A DNA stretch of 38,814 bases from Neovahlkampfia damariscottae (Eukaryota), in assembly GCA_016618085.1 (NCBI GenBank), contig JABLTG010000020.1, forward strand, positions 124,001 to 162,814, in the 5' to 3' direction. The stretch's first letter is position 1. Each line of letters starts with the position of its first letter. Positions 21,643 to 32,876 of the stretch are shown here, in pieces. A program made the position numbers and the translations under genes. The notes under the pieces are model-generated. The model worked only from the letters and a program-made list of their open reading frames with translations. It was not told the origin of the DNA and did not search any database.

Positions 21643-23124
21643 TTAATTCCATTCAGTTTTTGAAAAATAACCAAAAAATTTACAAGCAATTAAATTACTA
21701 ATAAATAATCCAATTGCACTAATAATTTCAAAAATGAAACAAGGAATAAAAGTAAACCAAAATGAACCTCCAAAAACATTATCTAATCTTAATGAAAATG
21801 GAATTAAAAATCCAACTAATGGAATTAAAAAACATCCTGAACAAGTTAATATTGTTGAAAATCCAAATAAATTTAAAGTATATTCACTAAAAAAAACTAA
21901 AAAACATAAAGGACATGATATTAAAAAACATAAAAATAAAAATATCCAAGTTGGTATTAATGTTGCAGTCCAATAAAGATTTTGTGAATGATAAACATTA
22001 TCTAATTGAAATCCAACAAATAAACATTGAATTGAAACATAAATATTAATTGCTAACATTACAAGATAAATCCAAAATGAAAAAAAGAATTTCTTTTTTC
22101 TGACTGTTCTAAAAAAACAAAATATGAAAGGTACAATAGCAAATAATGCTGTGTTTAAATAAATAGGTATTAAAAATAATGAAATTGGTAATGAAGGAAA
22201 ATTACTAAATAATAATGATTTCATGGTAAAACAAATTATTGATAATGGAATCCAAAATACTCCCCATATTACAAAATTAACACTTAAACTTAATTGAAAT
22301 TTTGATTTTTTTGGGTATTCTGGTGCTGATATTTCTTCTGAAACTGATAATTTATAATATCGACGTTTAAATAATTCAAAAAGGCATGGATCTATCAATA
22401 AACATGATACAACGAATATAAAACTTAAAATGCATAAAATTAAAAATATTCCGACAATAGGCCAAATAAATTCTGGTCTTGATGGTATTGATCCATCTAA
22501 TAATAAAATTGAAATAATCGTCATGAATAAAATTCCTAAAAAAAATAAAGATGGAAATAAACAACCATAGAAGCATCGACTTGTTGTTGAAATCTTTTCA
22601 TATTTTCTTAAGTTGAATTTACTATCATTTAATTTAAATCTTAATTCATAATTATATTCACAATTTTTCATATAACTTTCTTTGAATTTTTTTTTTTCCT
22701 GTTTTACAGTTTTGAACCTCCATTTTTTACGAAAATAATAAGATTCCCATAGTTCATCGTTGGCTGATACTTTTCTCCAATTTTTACAAATTTGACCAGC
22801 CTTTACAAGTTCTTTTTCATCAAAAAAGCTGTAAATGTTTATCAAAATGTCGTCATACATATCTCCTAAATTCATTGGTTTTAAATTAGGTTTGATATCA
22901 AAGTTTGATTCATATACTCTTTCACTCAACTCATCTCTTGGTGATAAAAGTTGATCGTTCGTTTGTTGCGAATAAGTTGAGTACCTTGAAGTCGTACTTT
23001 GAGTTGTGTCTCTTTTAGCCAAGTATTCTTCATAGTTTTTTTGAGCTGGATTCTCTTCAGCATGTATTATACGACTAATTGTGTTGGAGTAGTGTTTGGT
23101 CAGAGACGTTGCCAATTCGGCCAT
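21643..23124 (-). CDS. F-box protein with a C-terminal multi-pass membrane domain
   Basis: F-box LGDMYDDILINIYSFFDEKELVKAGQICKNWRKVSANDELW; about 8 hydrophobic segments with repeated LD...W...IP motifs (TMEM185-like). Confidence 0.85.
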   Translation of the reverse strand: MAELATSLTKHYSNTISRIIHAEENPAQKNYEEYLAKRDTTQSTTSRYSTYSQQTNDQLLSPRDELSERVYESNFDIKPNLKPMNLGDMYDDILINIYSFFDEKELVKAGQICKNWRKVSANDELWESYYFRKKWRFKTVKQEKKKFKESYMKNCEYNYELRFKLNDSKFNLRKYEKISTTSRCFYGCLFPSLFFLGILFMTIISILLLDGSIPSRPEFIWPIVGIFLILCILSFIFVVSCLLIDPCLFELFKRRYYKLSVSEEISAPEYPKKSKFQLSLSVNFVIWGVFWIPLSIICFTMKSLLFSNFPSLPISLFLIPIYLNTALFAIVPFIFCFFRTVRKKKFFFSFWIYLVMLAINIYVSIQCLFVGFQLDNVYHSQNLYWTATLIPTWIFLFLCFLISCPLCFLVFFSEYTLNLFGFSTILTCSGCFLIPLVGFLIPFSLRLDNVFGGSFWFTFIPCFIFEIISAIGLFISNLIACKFFGYFSKTEWN

Positions 23125-23310
23125 ATTTGATTGGTTGAAAAAAGTAGGTGTTCGGATATTTTTGTTTGTTTTTCTTTAAAAAATAATTTTACAATTTTTC
23201 ACATCTTCTTCACAGAAATCATTTGAAATAGTTTGGTATTTTTCTGAATAATTTTGATGTTGTTGTACTTTTCTCAAACCAAATTCTTGAAATTAAATTA
23301 AATTTTATTT

Positions 23311-23562
23311 TTAAACATAAACACCACTCCAAAGGAGTAAAAAGAAAAGTCCAGTACCTAAAAGTGTAGATGATGTTACAGCTAATATAACTTCTTGAAC
23401 TAAACTTCGGTTTTTTGCTGATGTTGTCATTTCATAACTTTTATTTAGTTTATATTTTTCTTACACAATGAACCAAGCCATCAATGGAAATCCAATAAAA
23501 CAAAAAATTAAAGCTAATTGAAAATAACTTGCAACATCAACCGGTGGTGAAAAAGAATTCAT
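23311..23562 (-). CDS. TMEM258: TMEM258/OST5 oligosaccharyltransferase subunit (absent from the ORF track)
   Basis: One 27-nt intron (23438-23464). Gives MNSFSPPVDVASYFQLALIFCFIGFPLMAWFIVYEMTTSAKNRSLVQEVILAVTSSTLLGTGLFFLLLWSGVYV. Confidence 0.9.
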
Positions 23563-23606
23563 AAGTGAAAGATGATTGGACAATAAAATTAACAAATTTT
23601 CAACAT

Positions 23607-25110
23607 TTATTTTCTTGAAAAATCCAAAATTGAATTAGTCATTTTAGGATCTTTAAAAGGACAATCAAAATCATTATTCTTTGACAGTGGTTTACAACTC
23701 TCATCTTCTTTGGTTTTATTAAATCTCAACCAAAATGCTTGAAAGATATTAAATAATTCATATCTTTTTACCTCTATCAAAAGATTTCAATATTATACCT
23801 TCTTCAACAAAATTTCTGAAAAATAAAAAATCTTTTGAAATTAATCTATTCACAAATTCATCTAATTCTTTATGTGAAGTGAATACTTTCTTTGATTCAT
23901 TGATGTTAAATTTTGTTCGAAATTTTTCATTCATTTCAAATTCCATGATCTAATTTTTTAAAAAAAAATGATAAACTTACACCAACACCCCTCTCACGAA
24001 TTTTACCTAAAAATTTATGAATTCCTTCTGGTAATTCATTCACTTTGTCAGTTAAATTTAATATATTTATCAAATAATCAATAAACTGTTGACAATTTCC
24101 AGAATGATCATTAAATGGATCTCCAGAAGTTTGTTTATATGTATAACTTGTATTCCATTCAATTATAATATCTACAAGTGATTCAATAATCTCATTTAAT
24201 TCTTCTAAAGTTGAAATTGAATATATATCTACACAAAATATAGATTCAGATGATTTACAGGGTCTTGGTATAACTAATTCACTAGTATTCCTAAGAACAA
24301 ATTTGTATTAAATAAAAAAAGAAATTACCATTCTAACTTCCATGGTCCAATGATTAAAGAAGGATGAAGTAGTCCATATTCTGGTAACCATCCCATTTTT
24401 GAAAGGACTGGTGCCATGATTGAATTTCCGAATTTTCTTATTGCGCTATCTGTTGCTTCAGATAGTACTAATTTTATTTTTATACAATTTCCGGTGCTGT
24501 TCAATAAATCTTTCAATTGGTTTTCTTTTGTAACTTCTTCTTCAGTTTTCATGTATGAATTAATGTAAACAAAACCATTTTCTTTTAATACAGGTGCATC
24601 AATAATTTGAAAAACAACTTTAATCATTCCATCAACTTCTTTTAAATCAACATTAATTTTTTCTTCTTTGTTTTGTTTCTCAGTAATGAAAATTGAACGA
24701 GTTGTATCAAAAAGTTCATTTTTTTTTGGAAGATCAGTTCGAAATGTTGATTTAGATATTAATTCTTCTTCTTCTTCTTCTTCATAATCTTCTTCATCTG
24801 AAGCATAAATATCACTTGAGTCATCATCTTCTTCAGAAACGTAATTATTTGTTGAATTTAAAGAATTATATATATCAAGTTTTTCAAATCCTTTGATATT
24901 ATGATGGAAATAATTTTCTTTCAAAAGTTTCTTTGAGCTTAAAATTTGACAAAAATTATTTAATTCTTTTTCATCTTTAAATTTGTTTTGGTATTGAGGT
25001 GATTTAAGTATTTTTTCTTTAACTACTTCTCTTGGTGATTTTTTTTCCACCATTTGAGTCAAGTCATCTGTAGACTCTTGTCTTAAAACCCAAGTTTTGA
25101 ACCAATTCAT
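23607..25110 (-). CDS. Hypothetical protein with permuted papain-like His...Asn-Cys motifs (paralogue A)
   Basis: 3 introns. Motifs YGLLHPSLIIGPWKLEWN, GNCQQFID, FTSHKELD, LKSFDRAFWLR, CPFKDP. Confidence 0.75.
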
Positions 25111-25546
25111 CCCAACTTCGATTTGATTTTGTCCAATTAAAATTGAATTGTTTTTATTTATCTGAACTTTAGCCTGGAAATATAAGGTGTAATTTTGAAT
25201 TCAATATAAACCTTCAAAGCTTCAAAAAAACATTGAATATTTTTATCTTCAACATGTTCAATTTCATCACCTCGAAATATTTACATTCAATTACTTCTTC
25301 TTCATTCCAATTCGAGTTAACTTTGAAATTTGTGAAATCATTTTATCATTGATTTTCATTTCATGAATAATCATTTCTTGAGATAGATTCAACAAAAAAG
25401 AAAAAATGACAAGTTAAGAATGTAAAAAAAATGTACCACAAGAAGCCATTAAAAATTTTACTACTGATTTTATAGGTTTATAGTATGAATTTAGTACGAA
25501 GTCTTCAACAGAAAGAAAACTACTGTTTATTTTTTCATTCAACTAT

Positions 25547-26409
25547 TTACTTTGTCTTGCCGTAAGTGGAATTCAAATGGTCCCATAATGGACTAACTTC
25601 CCCAAAATTACAATGCGATTTTTCATGGTGTATATTATGAGTTTCTGATGACGTGATCCAAATAAATGACAAAAATTGATCAAAGATTCTGATTGAATAA
25701 CCAGAATGCATATATAAATTTATGTGAACAAAAAACAAAATGTACCCAACATACATTTGAGCAGAAATTTGAATTTGATTAATCATTGCCAAATAGATTG
25801 GCGAAAAAGTGAAAAATGCATCAACAGGATGAAATGAAAAACTAAAAAAAAATGTGAACATCTGAACAATTTATACCTCGCAAAAGTACTTGGATCATGA
25901 AATGCATGATGAAATTTATGAAATGGGAACATATATGGTCGGTGTAAAAACCAATGTTTCCAATAAGTAAATGCATCAGTTGCAAATAAAAATATGATGA
26001 ATTGTATCAAAGTGAAGGAAAATGATTGATTTAATTTCCAAGAAAATACAATTTCTTGACCTAACCTAACTTGTGTAATTGGCCAAGCAGCTATTGATGA
26101 AATAGTAATGACAGTCATAGTTGTACCAAATATTTCTTTTTTAACTAAAGGGTTAAATTTCTTGTACGTTTGTAATTTGGATCCCAATAATTCAGTAATT
26201 TTCCAAAAAATCATGCCACCACCTATTAACCAAGCTTCTAAAAAAAGAGAGCAGTAAATAAAGCTTTCAAAATATAATTGTGGAGATTGTGGATGAAAGA
26301 ACCCTGGAATGAGAAGAACCACTGGAAATAACCAGAACAACACATCCACATATTTTAAATTAAATTTTTGAATAGCTTTCAAAAAGTCATCAGTCTTTCC
26401 TTTTTTCAT
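25547..26409 (-). CDS. Sterol desaturase / fatty acid hydroxylase superfamily protein
   Basis: His boxes HWFLH, HKFHH, HNIHH; FHPVD and HSGY; one 35-nt intron 25842-25876. Confidence 0.9.
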
Positions 26410-26488
26410 GAGTGAAGAAAAAAAATTGGTCCAATGGAATGGGAGTGTTCTATTTTTAGATGTTCAAATCTCATTAATGAGCACATTT

Positions 26489-27334
26489 TTATTTTTTCTG
26501 ATTCTTTTGATAAGTACCCATTATGTAATCAAATAAAGGTGACACTTCACCAATATTGAAATGAACAACTTCATGATGGACATTGTGAAATTCAGAAGAA
26601 TTGATCCAAAAAAATCCTAATATTTTATCAAACAAAGGGATTGAATACCCACAATGCATGTATAAATTCAAATGTACAAAAAATAAAATGTATGCGGAAT
26701 AAACATAACCATTAATTTGAACAATTGTTAAAGTTGAAAAATACATTGGACAAAATGTCGCCAAAGCGTCAACAGGATGTTGAGCAAATCCAGCAAAACA
26801 ACTTGGATCAACAAATATATGATGGTACTTGTGATAAGTGAACATATAAGGTCGATGAAGAAAGTAATGTTTCCAATAAGTAAAAAAGTCTGAACCAACT
26901 AAAATCAATAAAAATTGAAATATTGCTGTTTTAAGTGTTGGATATTCTTTCCATGAAAAAACAATTTCTTGTCCTAGACGATATTGAGTTACACTCCATG
27001 CTGAAATGGCAGAAACAGTAATGATGGTGGCAGTTGTTCCATAAATTTCCATTAGAACTTTTGGTTTATATTCTTTGTAGGCTTGTAATTTTTTTCCGAT
27101 TTTTTCCATTATGGACCATATTATGTATGAAGCTATAAGCATCCAAACTTCTAAGAAAATCACACAAATCACAAAACTTTCAAAAAATTTCTTTGGATGG
27201 GAATGTAGCAAACCTGGAAGTAATAGTAGTACAGGTAGAAGATAAAATATTTTGTCAACATGTTTTTGATTGAATTTTTGCAATTTTCTTCTCCAGTCCA
27301 ATTGTTTCACTTCACCCTTCGACACTTCAGCCAT
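26489..27334 (-). CDS. Sterol desaturase / fatty acid hydroxylase superfamily protein (tandem paralogue, intronless)
   Basis: HYFLH, HKYHH, QHPVD, HCGY, HNVHH; aligns end to end with the neighbour. Confidence 0.92.
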   Translation of the reverse strand: MAEVSKGEVKQLDWRRKLQKFNQKHVDKIFYLLPVLLLLPGLLHSHPKKFFESFVICVIFLEVWMLIASYIIWSIMEKIGKKLQAYKEYKPKVLMEIYGTTATIITVSAISAWSVTQYRLGQEIVFSWKEYPTLKTAIFQFLLILVGSDFFTYWKHYFLHRPYMFTYHKYHHIFVDPSCFAGFAQHPVDALATFCPMYFSTLTIVQINGYVYSAYILFFVHLNLYMHCGYSIPLFDKILGFFWINSSEFHNVHHEVVHFNIGEVSPLFDYIMGTYQKNQKK

Positions 27335-27500
27335 TTGACCAATGAAATGATTCGTATGTATTTCTAATATATTTTTGAAGATTTTTAATTATTTGATTAA
27401 AGTATTTAAGTTCATTTTGAATTTGTAAATTCTTTCTAAAATAAAATTCCTGACCAATTAGATTTTTTTATTTTTCAAAAAACTCAAAACAAGAACAAAC

Positions 27501-27867
27501 ATGTCCATTGAGAATTTAAACCCAACTTTTGGTAACTTTTCAAATAATAAACTGAACTTTTCTAGATCCATGGGAAGATACAGAAAAAGAATCAGGAATT
27601 GATAATAGTTCAATTATTCACATTAGAACTCAAGCGCGTAATGGAAGAAAAAAAATTACAACCGTTCAAGGTTTACCAAAGAATACAGCATTTAAATTAC
27701 TACTTAAAGAGTGGAAAAAAGTTTTCCATTGTAATGGTAGTATTGAAGTTGATGAAGAATTTGGAAAAGTTATTCGTCTTTCTGGTGATAACAGAAAAGC
27801 AATTGCTGAATTTCTTATTGCAGAAGAAATAGGAACAAAAGAAACTATCAAAATTCATGGTGGTTAA
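27501..27867 (+). CDS. EIF1: Translation initiation factor eIF1/SUI1
   Basis: One intron (27532-27565). Gives MSIENLNPTFDPW...IHIRTQARNGRKKITTVQGL...FHCNGSI...VIRLSGDNRK...IKIHGG. Confidence 0.95.
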
Positions 27868-28026
27868 AAATAAAACTTTTGTAAATTTCGTTTCAAAAAA
27901 ATATTTGTCTATCTTCACTCTGATTGAGTGGTTTATCACAATGAAGATTATTTTGAGGAGTAACACTATCCTTAATAATAGACAAAGAAATACTCTCAAA
28001 TAGAACATCAAAATAATTTAATTTGA

Positions 28027-29216
28027 TTACATTTTTTGAATTGCTGTTCCTTTAAAACTATTTGTCAATGCAGGATCTTTAAATGGACATCCTGATATTG
28101 ATGGTTTATATTTAATCATTTCATCATCATCATGTTTTAATTCTGATGCATTCATTCTCAACCAAAATGCTCTATCAAAACATTTTAAAATCTAAATTTA
28201 AATGAATTAAGTTTTTCTTACTTCAAAATCATCTTTGTATTCTTTTTCAAAATTTGGTATTTTTTCTATTAAAGTTTGTACAACTAAATCCAATTCAGAA
28301 TGAGATTTAAAAACTATTTCATTTTTTTGACTCTCCAAAATTTTTTTTATTTCATCAGAAAAGATGTAACTCATTTCACATGTTTGTCCTAATTTTAATT
28401 TTTTAATATATTTTGATATTTTAGAAGTTGAATTTGTTTTTGATTCTCTTCCAATTGAATGCATAATTTCATCAATAAAATGAAAACAATTATTTTCTTG
28501 ATTATTATAATTTTTAAAAACATTCCAATAAACAACTGTTTCTGATATTTTCCAAAATAAATCTTCAGAAGTTTCAATTATACCTAAATCTAAAACAAAA
28601 AGAGCATTTGTTGAAAATATTTTTTTTGGAACACAAAAACTCTTTTTAGACCACTCTAAAAATAAAGGACCAATCTAAATTAAATTATAAATTATAATGT
28701 ATTTACTAAAATAGCTGTATGAAATAATCCATAAGAAGCGTGAGTTGAAGTTACTTCAGATATTTGAAGAAGAGGTGAAACTAATGTTCTTAAATTTTTT
28801 TCAATTTGAGTATGCTTAATTTCTGATATTATTAATTTAATTTTCCATGTTTCTTTTTCTTCAATTTCAGTAGCAAAAAAAGATTCAAAAAATTTTGGTG
28901 AATCTGAAACACACTCCGCCAAATGTTTCGCTTTTTCTTTATTCTTTTCTGTCAAGTTTATTCCTGATTTTAAAATTTTCTTTAATATTATTTTCTTTCT
29001 TTGTTCTAACGACATGTGCTGTTCTTTTTCTATTCTTGGTGTTTTTGGAGCTTTTATTTCAAGTCTTGGTGACGGTGCAAGTAAGTCTGAATTTTCAAAT
29101 TTAATCTCTTCTTCTTTATTTACAATTTCTTCAATTGGAAGATTAAATTTTGGAATTGAAGTGGACATTGTTGGTTTAGGATTTGGCGACACCTCCTCTT
29201 CGCATTTTTCCTCCAT
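28027..29216 (-). CDS. Hypothetical protein with permuted papain-like motifs (paralogue B)
   Basis: 2 introns. Motifs YGLFHTAILIGPLFLEWS, NNCFHFID, FKSHSELD, LKCFDRAFWLR, CPFKDP. Confidence 0.75.
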
Positions 29217-29289
29217 CGTTTTGATTGGACAAAAAGTAATATTGGAATTCCAGAAAATAAGAGGTGGGATGAATATTTTATTTAACAAT

Positions 29290-30780
29290 TTATTCCTTTT
29301 TTTCAACTTTTTCAGTGGTATCTTTTTCCATATTATCAATAAGATTTATTTCTTCTTCTCCATTGATTTTTGAAAGATCCTTACGATCAAGTTCAATACT
29401 TCCAAATTCTTTTGAATCTCTTGTTGTTGAATTTTCTCTTTTTTTTGTGATTGAATCTCTAATTGATTCTCTTGAATTTCTAGTTATACTATCTCTTGCT
29501 TTTGTGATTGAATTTCTTGAAGTAGAATGACAAATTTCATTATTAGATGTATTTGTACAGCCACATGATAAATTCAAAGGAACTAATTTTCCATATTTAT
29601 TATATGTTGCAAAAGTTAAATCTTCTTCATTGATAAATTCTGGTTGTACAGTTACATTGTGAATTCCATCATGATGTAAAATTTGATGAATTTTATCATT
29701 AATTTCATCAAATTTTTCAAAATCCAATTGATACATAACAACATGCATTGAACAAACAGTTACTGTATCAACTAATTGCCAAACGTGAAAATCATGAATT
29801 TCAATAACTTCATCAATATCGAGCAATATTTTCTCTTGAATTTTTACAACATCAACATCTCCAGGACTCTTTTGAAGTAAAATTGAAGATACTGTTCTTA
29901 TCAATGGAATTGAAATCAATAAAATGATTCCTACAATAAAAAAACTACATATTGGATCAATATATGAAACAAATGAATATTCTTTGAAAATTGAATTTAA
30001 AATACCATTTGAAAGAACAATTAATGATGAAAATGTATCACCAACATAATGTAAAAATGAAGAACTTAAATTTGGATTTCTTTTAAATTTCAAATAATTT
30101 CTTTTGATAAAATTTTCTTCTAAATCAGCTGGAGTACTTTCTTCTTCAATTAATCCAAAAATACCAAAAAGTGATGAACAAAGAAGACTGATAAAAATAC
30201 CACACGCTTGAAAAAATAATTAAAAAAAAAAAATGATAAATTTACAAGCAATGATTAATATTGAAAAACCTCCACTGACAGGTTCAGGATCAAAAAATTT
30301 AGGAACTATATTTTACTCAATAAAATTTCTTACCTGCTTCAATCGTGATAAAAATGGCAGTGCTTAATAATAAAATTGAATTTATAAGTCCTCCTAACAA
30401 TTCTGCTCTTTGCATTCCATAAGTGTATCTTTGAGAGTTTCTTACTTTAGAGCTCTATTTAAAAAGTGAGAAAGAAACAAAATTCTAACATAATCTGCCC
30501 AAAACGAAACAATCATTGATATAACGTCTATTAAATTATGAATACCGTCACCAAGCAGTGAAAGTGATCCTGTCAGCCTCTTTGAAGAGAAAATTATTTC
30601 TACAATTGCTAAAGTGAATAAAATTGATCCCATCAGAAACATGAGGATATACTTTGGCAGTTTTGATTTAAATGTTGTAGTGTTTTCGTTTCTCAGGTGC
30701 ATTAACAGTACACCATCCTTTGGTTCTGTTTCAGTTATTAAATACTCTGAAAGATCTACCGGAGTTTTTTCGGTTTCCAT
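29290..30780 (-). CDS. Cation diffusion facilitator (SLC30/ZnT-like zinc transporter)
   Basis: 3 introns. Motifs SLSLLGDGIHNLID, YTYGMQRAELLGGLINS, FLHYVGD, YIDPICS, IHDFHVWQL, GIHNVTVQPEF. Confidence 0.92.
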
Positions 30781-30884
30781 TTTTTTTTTTGTTCCGTTTC
30801 GAATTTAAGTTCTTTTTACCAATCAAAATTCATTTTATCCGGTGACGATTTCATTTCGGAATTCATTTGAAAATAATTTTTGCA

Positions 30885-31346
30885 TCAATTATTCTGTGAT
30901 TTAAAAAATGCTATAATTCCAGGGTGATCTTCTTCTTCTTCATAAGAAAAATTATAATTTGTTTCATCATTTTGACTTCCAATGGCCAAAGAAAACGTCC
31001 GGTTCAACGAGCCTGGGCTACAACTATATTCTGTTTGCAAAATTTCTTGGTTTTCTATGTTTTTTATTTCTTTCTCAACAGAAGTATTGGTATTTACTTC
31101 TAAGGAAAGGTCATTCTTCTCGTCAACTTTGACTTGTGTAATATTTATTTCCAAGTCAAATGAATTCTCAGTGTCTATCAAGTTTATTTGTGAACTAGTT
31201 GTAGATTCTGACCTTTGTAATGTTGACCGATTTGGACGGAAAATATCAAAACAACAAAATAAAAATGGAAGATTGTTGTTTTCATCATTTTGTTCTCTAG
31301 AGTCATTAAGTTCCTTGCTGTCACGAAGTTTCACTTTTTTGACCAT
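30885..31346 (-). CDS. Hypothetical low-complexity protein
   Basis: 153-aa ORF with host-like codons and a CCAAT box at 31384-31388. Confidence 0.55.
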   Translation of the reverse strand: MVKKVKLRDSKELNDSREQNDENNNLPFLFCCFDIFRPNRSTLQRSESTTSSQINLIDTENSFDLEINITQVKVDEKNDLSLEVNTNTSVEKEIKNIENQEILQTEYSCSPGSLNRTFSLAIGSQNDETNYNFSYEEEEDHPGIIAFFKSQNN

Positions 31347-31565
31347 GAAAACCCTGACTTGAAAATTGTTGACCGTTAGGACTCCAATGAATTTTTTGGA
31401 AGGTTGGATGTGGTGACCAATGGTTTTGCTGAAAAATAGAAAAAACTGAAAATACTCAAAAACTGGGCTTCAACAAAATTTGACTCTGATTCCAAGAGAT
31501 TTTTTCATCTGAGCTATTTGAGGGATGGTATAAATCATTGGTCAATTATCATTTATCCAATCAAA

Positions 31566-32206
31566 ATGAAACTCCAATTTTTGTTGTTTGTCCTTATTGT
31601 TGCTTGTGTATTTGCCACTCCTTCAACAAATTGTGCCTCTGCTTCATATTCCTGTACTATTGGTCCAGGTGAATGCAGACCAAACTATCCAGCGATTGCT
31701 GTTGGACTCGTTTCACAAATCGCTGACGGCTCAGGTGGAAGAGGTGTATTAGGTGGTGGAAAGTTTAAAAAAGCAAAAAAACGTCTTCAAAAAATCACAA
31801 CAGTACCAGCTGTTCGTACAATAAATGAAGTTGACGTGAAACTCATGTGTTTACAAAGAAGTTGTACAAGCGCATCAAAATGTAAAGTATTTAGCTATGA
31901 TTTAAAAGTTACAACTCAACAATACAAAAATTTGAAGTATTTCATTTCTTTTTATTAACGTCTTTTGGAAGAAAAATATGTTCTACTAACGTTGAAAACT
32001 GCTCATGTGGCTATGTAAAAGCTCAATTAAGAAAAAATGGATTTATTCAACATTCAATCAAATTAGGACAAGACATGTCATTAATTTGCCCAGTTTATCA
32101 AGCTACATCAGCAAATCAAGGACACAGCACTTTGGACTTGGAAGCGTCAGCAGAAGAACTTGAAGATCAAGTGTCTATTCTTGAAGAAGAAATTTCATCT
32201 TTATAA
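31566..32206 (+). CDS. Secreted cysteine-rich protein
   Basis: Signal peptide MKLQFLLFVLIVACVFA. One intron (31937-31971) joins exon 2 KICSTNVENCSCGY...LEEEISSL. Confidence 0.75.
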
Positions 32207-32251
32207 AAGTTAATTTTCTTTTCTTGGATTTTTTTTGTTCCACCAAACAGA

Positions 32252-32854
32252 ATGAAGAAAACCATTGAAGTTGAAGGAAAATTTCTCTTCACAAAAAATG
32301 ATTTGGACAAATTCACCAGGTTATTTCAAGTGGTTTCAACTGAGAACATAAAAGACACCTACTATGACACGAAGGATTATTTTATGACAAAAAATGATTT
32401 TTGGTTAAGACAAAGAGAAGAGTATTTTGAATTAAAGTTTAGAGTTGGCTCAACAGAAAACAGAAATATACTTTCATACAAAGAAATCACAGATCTGAAT
32501 GACATTGAGCATCATTTAAATCACTTGTTTGAAAAACAAAAAAGGTTAAAAGACTATTTGGAAGTGTTTGAACCGTTTGCGACGATAGAAACATCAAGAA
32601 TGAAATTCAAATTCAAGGAATTCAATATTGATTTAGATTCAACAAATTTTGGCTCCAACTTTGGTGAAATTGAAATACTAGTGGAAGAAGAAAAAGAAAT
32701 TGAAGAAGCGAAAAAAAAAATTGAACATTTTATGAAAGAACATAATTTGAAAAGAGATAAAATTGGTAAAGTGCTCAGTTATATTCTCAAGAGAAATCAA
32801 AAACAAAAAAAAATTTTGTTTGAGAATATTCAATTAAATAATTTATTAGAGTGA
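32252..32854 (+). CDS. THTPA: CYTH-domain triphosphatase (thiamine triphosphatase-like)
   Basis: IEVEGKF (ExExK), DTYYDT, WLRQR, ELK, IDLD, GEIEI, GKV motifs. Confidence 0.8.
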   Translation: MKKTIEVEGKFLFTKNDLDKFTRLFQVVSTENIKDTYYDTKDYFMTKNDFWLRQREEYFELKFRVGSTENRNILSYKEITDLNDIEHHLNHLFEKQKRLKDYLEVFEPFATIETSRMKFKFKEFNIDLDSTNFGSNFGEIEILVEEEKEIEEAKKKIEHFMKEHNLKRDKIGKVLSYILKRNQKQKKILFENIQLNNLLE

Positions 32855-32876
32855 ATACAATCAAGGAATGTCACTC

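Noticed and set aside
25150..25540. Coding-like fragments on the minus strand
   Set aside because: No consistent frame, start or splice model; at most a decayed relic
27931..27975. SECIS-like ATGA...GA stem
   Set aside because: Helix I is weak and neither flanking gene has an in-frame TGA
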